A DNA stretch of 64,000 nucleotides from an uncultured Clostridia bacterium (GTDB taxonomy: Bacteria > Bacillota > Clostridia > Oscillospirales > Ruminococcaceae): positions 6,034-70,033 of the forward strand of contig CAOKWH010000006.1 in the NCBI GenBank assembly GCA_948473085.1. Direction: 5' to 3'. A program made the translations under genes and the position numbers. The notes beneath the pieces were generated by a model that was not told the origin of the DNA, searched no databases, and saw nothing but the letters and a program-made list of their open reading frames with translations. Below, piece after piece: positions 18,931 through 27,654 of the stretch (positions are counted from its first letter, which is position 1; each line of letters begins with the position of its first letter).

Positions 18931-19566
18931 ATGAACACGGAATTACATATTTTGTTTGGACTATTGGCAGTGACTGCTGCCGCTTCGCTGGATGCTTTTT
19001 CGGCCGCTTTTGCTTACAGTGCATCAGGTATCCAGGTGCCGCTTTCCTCGCTAAGCGTTATTGCCGGAATTTGCGGGATAGTAACCGGGCTGGCCTTTGG
19101 TGCTGGAGGATTGCTGGGGCAATATGACCGGATTTTCCAGCAGGCAGGAAGCTATTTGCTGTTGGTGCTGGGGCTGTTAAAGCTGGCAGAGGGCTATATG
19201 AAACATCGGATTAGCCAAATGCCGCTGCGGCAGGAAATTTCCTTTTCTGCCTTGGATATTCGGTTTATCCTGGCAGTGTATGCTGATCCGGTACAGGCGG
19301 ACGCCGACAGTTCCGGCAGTCTGACGGCCCGGGAGGCCGTAGCTGTGGCGCTGGCCCTTTCAGCTGATGGATTTCTCTCCGGGCTGGGGTACGGTTTAGG
19401 GGGCCTGCCGGTGCTGCTGGCTGTGTTGGCAGCTGTGGGCATCAATCTGCTGTTCCTGCTTGCCGGGCGGGCGATGGGGCAGCGTCTGGCTGGGCGGCTG
19501 CGGTTCCCCGATTGGTTGGCAAGCGGCCTAATTCTAACGGCGGCGGCCCTGATAAAGCTGATATAG
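18931..19566 (+). CDS. YtaF/MntP-family membrane protein (sporulation membrane protein YtaF-like or Mn efflux-like)
   Basis: Polytopic protein with an ASLDAF motif. GGGGGAG RBS 9 nt before ATG 18931 (the track start at 18913 is GTG). Confidence 0.6.
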   Translation: MNTELHILFGLLAVTAAASLDAFSAAFAYSASGIQVPLSSLSVIAGICGIVTGLAFGAGGLLGQYDRIFQQAGSYLLLVLGLLKLAEGYMKHRISQMPLRQEISFSALDIRFILAVYADPVQADADSSGSLTAREAVAVALALSADGFLSGLGYGLGGLPVLLAVLAAVGINLLFLLAGRAMGQRLAGRLRFPDWLASGLILTAAALIKLI

Positions 19567-19568
19567 AC

Positions 19569-19600
19569 TGGACAAACAACCATGGGTTTGTCCATATTAT
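19569..19600 (+). terminator. Probable intrinsic terminator after the ytaF-like gene
   Basis: TGGACAAAC-8 nt-GTTTGTCCA 9-bp stem followed by TATTAT. Confidence 0.5.
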
Positions 19601-19777
19601 ACATCAAAATAGAAAATACTGAGAAAATGAATAGGCGTATTTGTGAATTTTTATTGAATAGTATAGGGGAACAAAATGGCTAAAATAAGCCGGTTTATTG
19701 CGTTTTTTTCATTTTAGAAGTTATGCTTTTTACCGGCTGAAAATAAAAATGAATAAACTGTAACAGAAAGCAACAAC

Positions 19778-19814
19778 AAAAGAAAAAACTGCCCATTGTT
19801 TTTTGCATGGACAG
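19778..19814 (-). terminator. Probable intrinsic terminator of the TetR gene
   Basis: On the minus strand, CTGTCCAT-10 nt-ATGGGCAG followed by TTTTTTCTTTT. Confidence 0.5.
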
Positions 19815-19860
19815 TGTGTATTATCAATATTGTGAAGCCAAAAGATGGGTCGGCCCAACT

Positions 19861-20466
19861 TTAAAACAGCGTATCCACATGTTCCAGCAACTGCCAGGCA
19901 GTCTGGGAAACCGTCGAAAAGGGGATGCGCTCCGGCTCCATTGCCCATCTTTCCAGCACAGCCATCAGGCCGCCGGCAATAAATTCGATGTGATACATAA
20001 ACCGCTCCTGGTCGGCACTGCTGTCCAGTTCCAGCACCATCGCGCCCAGTGTTTGGATAATACGCGTTTTCACCTTGATAAGCAGGCGGTTGTGCTCGCC
20101 CGTTAAAATAAGCAGCCGCAGAGGGTCGCTGTTCTGCTCAAAGCGTTCCAGCAGCACCCGGAACAGCAGCGGCGGCGTGTTGATATAGGTGGGCATCTTG
20201 TCCTGGCTAAGCAGGGAAAACATATTGGAGACAAAGTCGTCCTCCAGTTCGGCAATCAGTGCATCGATGCTTTCAAAGTGGCTGTAAAAGGTTTTGCGGT
20301 TTACACCGGACACCTGGGAAAGCTCGGTTATGGTAATGCTGCTCACCGGTTTTTCGCTCATCAGCAGGAGCATGGTGTTTTTTATCCGGGTGTGGGTGCG
20401 CTGTTTCCTTTGTTCCCGGCTGTGGCCGGCAAGGCTTTGGTGCTGCATATAGGCCTCCTTTATCAT
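19861..20466 (-). CDS. TetR/AcrR family transcriptional regulator
   Basis: N-terminal HTH (ITITELSQVSGVNRKTFYSHFES). Divergent from the MMPL gene with only 25 nt between the annotated starts. Confidence 0.85.
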   Translation of the reverse strand: MIKEAYMQHQSLAGHSREQRKQRTHTRIKNTMLLLMSEKPVSSITITELSQVSGVNRKTFYSHFESIDALIAELEDDFVSNMFSLLSQDKMPTYINTPPLLFRVLLERFEQNSDPLRLLILTGEHNRLLIKVKTRIIQTLGAMVLELDSSADQERFMYHIEFIAGGLMAVLERWAMEPERIPFSTVSQTAWQLLEHVDTLF

Positions 20467-20491
20467 TTATGTTACCTTTCAGAAAGGGGTT

Positions 20492-22669
20492 ATGACCCAA
20501 ATGGAACAGGAAAAAACGGCAGTGGACAAGCTCATTGCTCTTGTCATTCATCGGCGCAACCTGGTGGAAAAGGTGTTTATGCTGCTGGTTGCCCTCTCTA
20601 TTGTAGCGAATTTTTTGGTGCCAATCAACTATGATCTCACCGAATACCTCCCGGACTGGTCCCCCACCATGCAGGGGATTGAAAAGATGGAGGAACACTT
20701 TGGCTATCCCGGCACAGCCCGGGTGATGATAAGTGATGTAACACTGTACGAGGCCGCTGCCTACAAAAAGCAGATGGAGGCGGTGGATGGGGTGGATACG
20801 GTTTCCTGGCTGGATTCGGCAGGGGATGTCTATCTCTCCCAGGCGTTTTTAAGCCAGCAGGATATTTCCGGCTATTACAGGGATGGCAACGCCCTGATGG
20901 ATATTATCTTTGACTATGGCGATTCGGACACCCGCACCTATGCAGCCATTGCCGATTTAAAGGCACTGTTAGGGGAGCGGGGCCACTTTAATGGACCGGC
21001 CATTGACAACGCCACATTGGAGGCCAGCATAGCCGGCGAGATGCCGCCCATCATGCTGGCGGGTGTGGCTGTTATTTTTCTGGTGCTTACCTTTACTACG
21101 ACCTCCTGGTTTGAGCCGGTGCTGTTTCTGCTCACAATGGGGGTGGCCATTGTCCTGAACATGGGCAGCAACCTGATTTTGGGAAAAATTTCCTTCCTCT
21201 CCCATGGGGTGGCGGCGGTTATCCAGCTGGCAGTGGCTATGGATTACTCCATCTTTCTGCTGCACAGCTTCACAGCGGAGAAAGCAAAGGGCCTGCCGGA
21301 CGAGGAGGCCATGGCCAGCGCCCTGCGCGCGGCTGTCAGCTCCATTGTTTCCAGCGGCATAACCACGGTTGTGGGCTTTATTGCCCTGGCGCTGATGCAG
21401 TTTACCATCGGCCGGGATTTGGGCTTTGTGCTGGCCAAGGGCATTGTGTTCAGCCTGTTTACTGTCCTGCTGCTGATGCCGGCGCTGATTCTGCGCTTCC
21501 AGGGAACCATCGAAAAGTACCGCCATCGCTCCTTTGTGCCATCTATGGAGGGCTTTTCCCGGAAGATGTTTGCCGCCCGGAAAGTGGTGGCAGCTGTGCT
21601 GATCCTCACAGTGGTACCCGCCTATGTGGCCCAGAATATGAACCAGTTTATGTATGGTACCGCCTCGGTGGGATGCAGCGAGGGTACCCAGAGCTATGAG
21701 GATAAACAGCTGATTCAGGAGGTTTTTGGCAAGAGCAATACGCTGCTTTTGCTGGTGCCGGACGGCAGCCCGGTGCTGGAGCGGCAGCTCACCCAGGAGC
21801 TGGAGGCCCTGCCTTATGTCAACAGCGCCCTCTCTCTATCCGGAACCGTACCGGAGGGGATACCAGAGGGGTTTCTCCCCGAAAACCTCACCAGCCAGCT
21901 GCACAGCGGGGGCTGGTCCCGGATTCTTGTACGGCTGCGCACCGAGGTGGAGAGCGACTATGCCTTTGCCTGCACCGACGAAGTCCGGGCTATCACCCAG
22001 GGGTACTATGACGAATGCTATTTTGTGGGCACCACCCCGGCTACCCAGGATATGAAGGCAATTATCTCGGAAGACTATGGTATTGTCAACCTTATTTCTA
22101 TTTTGGGGGTTATGCTGGTGGTCTGCCTGACCTTCCGGTCCGGCGCTATGGCGCTGGTGGTGATTATTCCTATTGAAATCGCGGTCTTTCTCAATATGGC
22201 CGTTCCCTACCTGACGGGGGACAGCCTGACCTTTATGGGTTACCTGATGGTGAGCAGTATGCAGCTGGGAGCCACTGTGGACTACTCCATCCTGCTTACC
22301 AACCACTATTTGGATATCCGTTCCCACACCCCGGATAAGGGGGAGGCGGCGGTGCTGGCCATCCAGCGCAGCTGCGTTTCCATCCTCACCTCCGGCAGTG
22401 TGTTGACATTGGTGGGCTATGCGCTGTATCTGGTGTCCTCCATTTCGGCCATTGGCGATATGGGCCATCTCATCGGCAGGGGAGCCCTGTTCAGCATGGT
22501 TTTGGTGCTGTCCTTCCTGCCCATGCTGCTCACCCTGGTGGACAGCGTAATCTTCCGGGACCAGCAGCGGTTTGATGCCCGCGCCCAGCGCCGGGCCGCC
22601 AGATGGAATGGCCGCCGGGAACAGCTCAAAGCAATTCATAGCAGCGGGCCTGCCGCCGCAAAGGAGTGA
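20492..22669 (+). CDS. MMPL/RND-superfamily membrane transporter
   Basis: 725 aa with two 6-TM bundles separated by soluble loops, an organisation typical of MMPL family transporters. Confidence 0.8.
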   Translation: MTQMEQEKTAVDKLIALVIHRRNLVEKVFMLLVALSIVANFLVPINYDLTEYLPDWSPTMQGIEKMEEHFGYPGTARVMISDVTLYEAAAYKKQMEAVDGVDTVSWLDSAGDVYLSQAFLSQQDISGYYRDGNALMDIIFDYGDSDTRTYAAIADLKALLGERGHFNGPAIDNATLEASIAGEMPPIMLAGVAVIFLVLTFTTTSWFEPVLFLLTMGVAIVLNMGSNLILGKISFLSHGVAAVIQLAVAMDYSIFLLHSFTAEKAKGLPDEEAMASALRAAVSSIVSSGITTVVGFIALALMQFTIGRDLGFVLAKGIVFSLFTVLLLMPALILRFQGTIEKYRHRSFVPSMEGFSRKMFAARKVVAAVLILTVVPAYVAQNMNQFMYGTASVGCSEGTQSYEDKQLIQEVFGKSNTLLLLVPDGSPVLERQLTQELEALPYVNSALSLSGTVPEGIPEGFLPENLTSQLHSGGWSRILVRLRTEVESDYAFACTDEVRAITQGYYDECYFVGTTPATQDMKAIISEDYGIVNLISILGVMLVVCLTFRSGAMALVVIIPIEIAVFLNMAVPYLTGDSLTFMGYLMVSSMQLGATVDYSILLTNHYLDIRSHTPDKGEAAVLAIQRSCVSILTSGSVLTLVGYALYLVSSISAIGDMGHLIGRGALFSMVLVLSFLPMLLTLVDSVIFRDQQRFDARAQRRAARWNGRREQLKAIHSSGPAAAKE

Positions 22670-22675
22670 TGTAAG

Positions 22676-24616
22676 ATGAATCAGAGATGGAGAAGAAGAA
22701 TAGCGCTGATGCTGGCAATGTCCCTATCTACCCTGTCAATCAGCTTGGCCGCAGCACCAGAGGTGACTGTGGATGAAACCGCATATATTACGCTGGACTG
22801 CTATGGGCAGCAGACCGATGCAAGCATTGTCAAGGCGGTGGATCTCAACGGCAATTCTGCCTTTACAGACTATGGCCGGTACGAAACGGTGGTTAATATG
22901 TCCACCACCGACCAGCCCATTATCACCGATGAGGGGGTGGAGTGGCAGCTTGATAACCCCTCGGCCCGGCGGTTTTACTACCAGGTACATACCCAGGATG
23001 GATATGTGGATATTCCCTGGAGTGTCGATGTTTCCTACTCCCTTAATGGGGTGCCCGCTGCCCCGGAAGAACTGGCCGGAAAAGCAGGGCTGGTGGCCAT
23101 TGATGTTGTGGTGACGCCCAACAACCTGGTGGATGACTATTATAAGAACAACTTTGTGCTGCTCTGTGGCGCTCTGTCGGATAGCGGCAGCGATTACAGC
23201 TTTCGGGCCGATGGCGCCCAGCTGCAAAGCTTTGGCCGGTACCGGCTGGCGGTATTCATGGCCATGCCCCGGGAGGAGGCCACCTTCCACCTGGAAATTG
23301 GCACCGACGCGTTTGATTTTAACGGGCTGATTTTTGCCAGCATGCCGGTAACATTGGCTCAGGCGGAGGATATTGCCGGGATTGCCCAGGATAGGGAGGA
23401 TATTGAAACACTGTGGAATGCCACCGACAGTATGCTGGATGATGTGCTGAGTATGATGACCTCCATGACAGCCGGCACCGCCCAGTCCGCCCAGGGCTTG
23501 CGGGAACTGGAAACGGCCTGGCAGGTAGCAGATGGGCATTCCGAAAGCATTGGCGACAAGGTGGACAGCACCTTGTTTGCCATGAAGCAGCTGCGCAACC
23601 ATTTGGAGGACCTGGCGGACATTATGGATGACTCCGGCCTGCTGGATTCCATTGGAAAAATTGAGGATAACCTGGATGATATGCTGACAATGGTTGGCAA
23701 ACTGGGCGCTGCCGCCCAGCGGATAGAGGGGTACACAGCCGAGGCAGAGGAGCTGTTGCAGCAGCTGCAAATCGCCGCGACCCCACAGGAGCAGTTGGCG
23801 CTGATGGCCCAGCTGCGGGAGGTGATGGGCGGCCTGAACCGGGAGCTGGACACCCTTGCTTCCCTGCTGGAGGATGCCGACAGCGTGGCGCAGATTGCCC
23901 AGCTGCAGGCTGGCCTAAAGCAGCTGGACGACGCCATTGGCGCTGGGCAGGTGGGTGACCCCGCTGCCGTCGCCGCACTGGTGCAGGCGCTGATGGATGC
24001 CGCCAAAGAGGTGAGCGCCGCAGTGGATGCCGAGTTGGCTGATGCCAAGAAGAACATCAGCAATATTGAAAGCCTGATGCCCAGCGGGGATATTTCCGCC
24101 GACCTGTCGGATATGACCTCCGACATGAACCTGCTGAACAACGAGATTGCGATGGTGCTGGACAGCACAGCCCGCACAGTTGGCAAGGCGCAGGTACTGA
24201 TGAGTGAGATAAACAGCACCATGGACCAGGCCTATGACCACCTGAACACCGGGATGAACAACACGCTGGGCGGCACAGCCCAGCTGTTGGAGGATTTGAC
24301 AGTGGCACTGCAGCGCACCCAGAACATCCAGTACAACAAAAATCAGATTTCCAGTTTAATTTCTAAGGACTGGGATAAGTTGGAGGAGGATCTGGGTGTT
24401 CTGGACATGGATCCCTCCGCCCGGAAGCCCTCCTTTACCTCTGCCCGGAACCCGGAGCCGGTTAGCCTGCAAATTGTCATGCGCACCGAGAGCATTACCC
24501 TGCCGGATCCGCAAAAATCGGATGTGGACGAACTCGGGGATGACAAAACCGTTACCCAGCGGCTGGGGGATGTGTTTATCAGCATTGGCAATGCCATCAA
24601 AGGCTTGTTTGATTAA
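22676..24616 (+). CDS. Secreted 646-aa protein: N-terminal beta-rich domain plus long acidic helical region
   Basis: Signal peptide (RRRIALMLAMSLSTLSISLAAAP). The central ~350 aa are rich in L/E/D/Q/A heptad-like segments. Starts 7 nt after the MMPL stop. Confidence 0.6.
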   Translation: MNQRWRRRIALMLAMSLSTLSISLAAAPEVTVDETAYITLDCYGQQTDASIVKAVDLNGNSAFTDYGRYETVVNMSTTDQPIITDEGVEWQLDNPSARRFYYQVHTQDGYVDIPWSVDVSYSLNGVPAAPEELAGKAGLVAIDVVVTPNNLVDDYYKNNFVLLCGALSDSGSDYSFRADGAQLQSFGRYRLAVFMAMPREEATFHLEIGTDAFDFNGLIFASMPVTLAQAEDIAGIAQDREDIETLWNATDSMLDDVLSMMTSMTAGTAQSAQGLRELETAWQVADGHSESIGDKVDSTLFAMKQLRNHLEDLADIMDDSGLLDSIGKIEDNLDDMLTMVGKLGAAAQRIEGYTAEAEELLQQLQIAATPQEQLALMAQLREVMGGLNRELDTLASLLEDADSVAQIAQLQAGLKQLDDAIGAGQVGDPAAVAALVQALMDAAKEVSAAVDAELADAKKNISNIESLMPSGDISADLSDMTSDMNLLNNEIAMVLDSTARTVGKAQVLMSEINSTMDQAYDHLNTGMNNTLGGTAQLLEDLTVALQRTQNIQYNKNQISSLISKDWDKLEEDLGVLDMDPSARKPSFTSARNPEPVSLQIVMRTESITLPDPQKSDVDELGDDKTVTQRLGDVFISIGNAIKGLFD

Positions 24617-24625
24617 GGAATAGAA

Positions 24626-24670
24626 AAAAGGCCCTTCGTTTTACAGGCGAAGGGCCTTTTCTTCTTTTGC
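24626..24670 (+). terminator. Intrinsic terminator
   Basis: AAAAGGCCCTTCG / CGAAGGGCCTTTT stem followed by a T-rich tail. Confidence 0.8.
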
Positions 24671-24733
24671 TGCCGGAAAAAGGCAGGAAGCCGTTTTTCT
24701 CTTTCTTTCCCTGCGGCAATTCTCCTTTTTTCT

Positions 24734-24762
24734 TTGGAAAATGGGGGATTCTATGGTACAAT
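24734..24762 (+). promoter_or_regulatory. Candidate sigma-A promoter for nfnAB
   Basis: TTGGAA-17 nt-TACAAT, 68 nt upstream of ATG 24830. Confidence 0.4.
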
Positions 24763-24829
24763 AATTTCAGTCCGATTTTATATGTACAGGATAACCGGCC
24801 GCGGATGTTTTAGGATGGAGGTTTACAGG

Positions 24830-25687
24830 ATGTTTCAAATTGTATATAAAAGGGAACTCAACACCCAGGTAACGCTGATGAAGGTGAAGGCACCGCTCAT
24901 CGCCCAAAAGGCCAGGGCGGGGCAGTTTATCATCTTTCGGGTTGATGAGTATGGCGAGCGGGTGCCCCTGACCATAGCCGATACCGACCCGGAGGCCGGA
25001 ACGGTCACCATTATTTTTCAAAAGGTAGGGCTTACGACCAACCTGCTGGGCAATCTGCAAGAAGGGGACTGTATCCGGGATTTTGTAGGCCCGCTGGGTG
25101 CGGCCACTGAATTGGAAGGCATCCGAAAGGCCGCCGTGATTGGCGGCGGTGTGGGCTGCGCCATAGCCTATCCCACGGCCAAGGCGCTGCACAGCATGGG
25201 TGCCCATGTGGATATGATAGCGGGTTTTCGTAGCCGGGATATTGTCATCCTGCAGGAGGAGATGCAGGCGGCTTCCAGCCGGTTTTTCCTCTGTACCGAT
25301 GATGGTACTGCCGGGGAAAAGGGCTTTGTCACCGATGCGCTGAAAAAACTGCTGGAGAGCGGGGAAGCGTACGACACAGTATTTGCCATTGGCCCGGTGC
25401 CGATGATGAAATTTGTTTCGCTGCTTACCAAGGAGTGGGGTGTTAAAACCATTGTAAGCCTAAATCCCATTATGATTGATGGAACTGGAATGTGCGGCGG
25501 CTGCCGGGTAACTGTGGGAGGGCAGGTGAGGTTTGCTTGTGTAGATGGCCCGGATTTTGATGGGCACCTGGTGGATTTTGATGAACTCATGAATAGAAAT
25601 ACCATCTATCGGCCGGAGGAGGCGGAGAGCACTGCCTGCCAGGGCTGCCGCATGGAGCAGCTGGCGGATGCTGTTATGGGACGATAG
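24830..25687 (+). CDS. nfnA: Sulfide/dihydroorotate dehydrogenase-like FAD/NAD-binding protein (NfnA-type small subunit)
   Basis: GGAGG 8 nt upstream of ATG 24830. FNR-like fold motifs and a C-terminal 2Fe-2S motif (MCGGCRV...C). Confidence 0.8.
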   Translation: MFQIVYKRELNTQVTLMKVKAPLIAQKARAGQFIIFRVDEYGERVPLTIADTDPEAGTVTIIFQKVGLTTNLLGNLQEGDCIRDFVGPLGAATELEGIRKAAVIGGGVGCAIAYPTAKALHSMGAHVDMIAGFRSRDIVILQEEMQAASSRFFLCTDDGTAGEKGFVTDALKKLLESGEAYDTVFAIGPVPMMKFVSLLTKEWGVKTIVSLNPIMIDGTGMCGGCRVTVGGQVRFACVDGPDFDGHLVDFDELMNRNTIYRPEEAESTACQGCRMEQLADAVMGR

Positions 25688-25705
25688 GCCGAGGAGGGAA
25701 AACAG

Positions 25706-27091
25706 ATGAAAAACATGTCGCAATACAAGGTGGAAATGCCGGTACAGGCCCCCGATGTGAGGAATAAGAACTTTGACGAGGTGGCTCTGGGGTATACCCC
25801 GGAAATGGCCCGGGAGGAGGCTGCCCGCTGCCTGGACTGCAAAAACAAGCCCTGTGTGGAGGGCTGCCCGGTGGGGGTGCGGATTCCGGAATTTATTGCT
25901 AAAGTGGCCAAAGGGGATTTTGCCGGCGCCTACCGGATTATTCGCAGTACCAATGCCCTGCCCGCTGTATGTGGGCGGGTATGCCCCCAGGAGAGCCAGT
26001 GCGAGAGCAACTGCGTCCAGGGCATCAAGGGGGAACCGGTGGCCATTGGCCGTCTGGAGCGCTTTGTGGCCGACTGGGCTATGCAGAACCTGCAGGAGGA
26101 GATCCTGCCCCCTGTGCCGCTGGGCAAGCGGGTGGCTGTGGTGGGAGCTGGCCCTTCCGGCCTGACCTGTGCCGGGGACCTGGCACAGTTGGGGTATGAT
26201 GTTACCATCTTTGAGGCGCTGCACACCCCTGGCGGCGTGCTGGTCTATGGCATACCGGAGTTCCGGCTGCCCAAATATATCGTGGCTCAGGAGGTGGAAG
26301 GCCTGAAAAAACTGGGTGTCCGGGTGGAAACCAACATGGTAATTGGCCGGGTGCAGTCGGTGGACGAGCTGATGCAGGCTGGTTTTGACGCGGTGTTCAT
26401 TGGTTCTGGTGCTGGCCTGCCCTCTTTCATGGGCATTGAAGGGGAGGCGCTGAACGGCGTCTACTCCGCCAACGAATACCTGACCCGGGTAAACCTGATG
26501 AAGGCATACCGGAAGGAATACGATACGCCCATCAAGCACAACAGCCACACCGTTGTGGTGGGGGGCGGCAATGTGGCCATGGATGCCGCACGGTGCGCCA
26601 AACGCCTGGGCTCGGCTGTTACAGTGGTATATCGCCGCAGCGAGGAGGAAATGCCCGCCCGTCGGGAGGAGATCCACCACGCCAAGGAGGAGGAAATTGT
26701 TTTCCGGCTGCTCTGCAATCCTGTCCGCATTCTGGCGGATGAAAACGGCAGCGTTCGGGGTGTAGAATGTGTAGAGATGGAGCTGGGGGAGCCGGATGCC
26801 TCCGGCCGTCGCCGTCCCAGACCGGTGGAGGGCAGCGAGTTTGTGTTGGAAGCGGATGCTGTTATCATGGCGCTGGGTACCTCCCCGAACCCGCTGATTC
26901 GCAAAACGACTCCCGGCCTGTCTGTGAACAAGTGGGGCTGTATTGTGGTGGATGAGAACACAATGGCCACCAACCGGGAGGGTGTCTATGCCGGCGGGGA
27001 CGCTGTTACAGGTGCAGCTACCGTTATTTTGGCAATGGGCGCCGGTAAAAAGGCCGCCGAATCCATCCATGCCTATCTAAGTGCCCGGTAG
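25706..27091 (+). CDS. nfnB: NADPH-dependent glutamate synthase-like oxidoreductase (GltA/NfnB type)
   Basis: N-terminal Fe-S Cys motifs (CLDCKNKPC, CPVG, CGRVCPQESQCE) and two Rossmann GxGxxG motifs (VVGAGPSG, VVGGGNVAMD). Confidence 0.85.
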   Translation: MKNMSQYKVEMPVQAPDVRNKNFDEVALGYTPEMAREEAARCLDCKNKPCVEGCPVGVRIPEFIAKVAKGDFAGAYRIIRSTNALPAVCGRVCPQESQCESNCVQGIKGEPVAIGRLERFVADWAMQNLQEEILPPVPLGKRVAVVGAGPSGLTCAGDLAQLGYDVTIFEALHTPGGVLVYGIPEFRLPKYIVAQEVEGLKKLGVRVETNMVIGRVQSVDELMQAGFDAVFIGSGAGLPSFMGIEGEALNGVYSANEYLTRVNLMKAYRKEYDTPIKHNSHTVVVGGGNVAMDAARCAKRLGSAVTVVYRRSEEEMPARREEIHHAKEEEIVFRLLCNPVRILADENGSVRGVECVEMELGEPDASGRRRPRPVEGSEFVLEADAVIMALGTSPNPLIRKTTPGLSVNKWGCIVVDENTMATNREGVYAGGDAVTGAATVILAMGAGKKAAESIHAYLSAR

Positions 27092-27110
27092 TTGGCGCAA
27101 AGGATTATAG

Positions 27111-27160
27111 GAACAAGGGGAGAAGCAGCTGTTTGCTTTTCCCCTTGTTCTTCATTCTTC
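27111..27160. terminator. Long hairpin between convergent nfnB and the XRE copy 1
   Basis: GAACAAGGGGAGAAGCA-GCTGTT-TGCTTTTCCCCTTGTTC (17-bp stem, 1 mismatch) followed by a T-rich tail. Confidence 0.55.
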
Positions 27161-27409
27161 CTCCCGGCTGTCCAAAAGGGCAGAAATTTCTTCCTCAAAA
27201 TCCGAGAGGGAACAGCCGTAGAGCCGGGCCATCTGTACAGCAGTGATAAGGCTGGGGTGGCGCTGCCCCTCCTCATAGGCCTGCAAGGTACGCAGGCCCA
27301 AATCCAGCAGTTCCGCCGCCTGTTCCTGGGAATAGCTGGTTGTTTTTCTCAGCCGCCCGTAGATGGATTTGCAGGGCCGGGAAGGTTTTCTTTGGTTCGT
27401 GGGTGTCAT
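27152..27409 (-). CDS. XRE-family helix-turn-helix regulator, copy 1
   Basis: 85 aa from the ATG preceded by AAAGGAG. HTH_3-like (SQEQAAELLDLGLRTLQAYEEGQRHPS). Coding sequence is identical to copy 2 except the last 3 codons. Confidence 0.75.
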   Translation of the reverse strand: MTPTNQRKPSRPCKSIYGRLRKTTSYSQEQAAELLDLGLRTLQAYEEGQRHPSLITAVQMARLYGCSLSDFEEEISALLDSREEE

Positions 27410-27526
27410 CCGGCACAACTCCTTTAAAATACAAAGAAAGAAATAATATCCAGTCCTATTTTACCCAAATAACTGATTAAAGTCCCCGCTATTTGTGGCG
27501 CATGGTTCTTTTTTTGTCGAATTTTG
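27161..27526. repeat. Left arm of a 366-bp inverted repeat (364/366 identical to 32685-33050)
   Basis: Block-by-block reverse-complement comparison found only 2 mismatches, both in the regulator's upstream region. Confidence 0.95.
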
Positions 27527-27557
27527 GCACTTTTATGAGGCTAAAGGAATTTTTATA

Positions 27558-27620
27558 CCATAAAAATTGCTCCCCTTCCGGCCAAGGCAGGTTTTGCCTT
27601 CTGTTTGCCGGAAAGGGAGC
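27558..27620 (-). terminator. Intrinsic terminator of the Cys/Asn-rich protein gene
   Basis: On the minus strand, GCTCCCTTTCCGGC ... GCCGGAAGGGGAGC (14-bp stem, one G.U pair, nested inner stem) followed by AATTTTTAT. Confidence 0.7.
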
Positions 27621-27654
27621 ATATTATTTTATAGATACTTTTGATTTATGGCTG

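Noticed and set aside
20475-20487. CCTTTC-A-GAAAGG palindrome as a TetR operator
   Set aside because: The arms are only 6 bp and it overlaps the AAAGGGG RBS of the MMPL gene, so it may be coincidental. It is mentioned within the module finding but not annotated as a feature.
22736-24222. 344-aa and 287-aa minus-strand ORFs
   Set aside because: They are antisense to the secreted 646-aa protein gene. The products are Ser/Ala- or Gly/His-rich low-complexity sequence.
24734-24829. N-terminal extensions offered by the ORF track for nfnA (24734), mraY (46449), ftsQ (51013), ftsZ (52409), marR (60426) and the HMA gene (63974)
   Set aside because: The extensions lack an RBS, overlap upstream genes or promoters, and add residues not seen at the start of these families. 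Internal ATGs with good Shine-Dalgarno spacing were preferred.
27092-27427. 111-aa plus-strand ORF, and its twin within the 214-aa minus-strand ORF at 32784-33428
   Set aside because: Both are antisense readings of the duplicated XRE genes. The XRE frames have an HTH signature and an AAAGGAG RBS.
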